A DNA stretch of 63,259 bases, the filler included, from Octopus bimaculoides (Eukaryota), in the NCBI RefSeq assembly GCF_001194135.2. It is 6 parts of 6 records of this genome, joined end to end, with 100 filler letters (N's around TTAATTAATTAA, not from the genome) between each part and the next. Parts side by side here need not be neighbours in the genome. Positions count along the whole stretch, not along the records: positions 61,602 to 63,259 come from NC_068987.1; 5 more parts are not named here. One strand, 5' to 3'. A program made the position numbers and the translations under genes. Position 1 is the first letter of the stretch; each line of letters starts with the position of its first letter. This document shows positions 63,063 to 63,259 of this stretch, one piece after another. The notes under the pieces were generated by a model. It ran no database searches and was not told the origin of the DNA. It saw only the letters and a list, made by a program, of their open reading frames with translations.

Positions 63063-63259
63063 ATAAACATTGTATTTTGAGAAATAACCGCTTTCGTGTT
63101 GTCTTTTCAAATTTCTCTACTTCATTGTAACGTGTTCGCTCCAGTCTGAAAAAGAAGAGTTCTAGATAGGGGGAGGTAATTAGGGATTTCTTCCGGTATA
63201 GGGGAGATAATCGAAATCTAGGGGGTGGTAGAATTTGATTAATTTACCATGGTTTTGTT

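Overview
AT-rich, microsatellite-dense, gap-riddled animal genomic DNA. The repeat content and zinc-finger style point to an octopus (inference; no database search was possible). Five 100-bp gaps carry a synthetic TTAATTAATTAA linker, so contig order and orientation across them is not guaranteed. Genes I can support: (1) a tandem cluster of three single-coding-exon C2H2 zinc-finger genes on + (18072-19271, 21643-22674, 25774-27230), each followed by a frameshifted finger tail, plus a remnant of a fourth unit; (2) two exons of a CD225/dispanin (IFITM/PRRT-like) membrane-protein gene (38043-38153, 39934-40152), with an inverted, frameshifted partial paralogue and a stray Gly-Tyr-Pro pseudo-exon. 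The rest is mobile DNA: tRNA-derived SINEs, R4/Dong-like, CRE-like, L1/Tx1-like, CR1 and Penelope-like relics, Tc1/mariner relics and several fold-back MITEs. Most interesting observations: two unrelated GG-ended MITEs (8- and 9-bp TSDs) with inverted TTAGGG repeats at their centre; two hammerhead-ribozyme folds; an ORF1-only retroelement and a SINE subfamily that share a 3' tail and sit inside SINE heads; a chimeric, triplicated zinc finger made by crossover inside the recognition helix; and a possible one-promoter, alternative-last-exon design for the ZNF array. No prokaryotic features, CRISPR arrays, rRNA or bona fide tRNA genes were seen.
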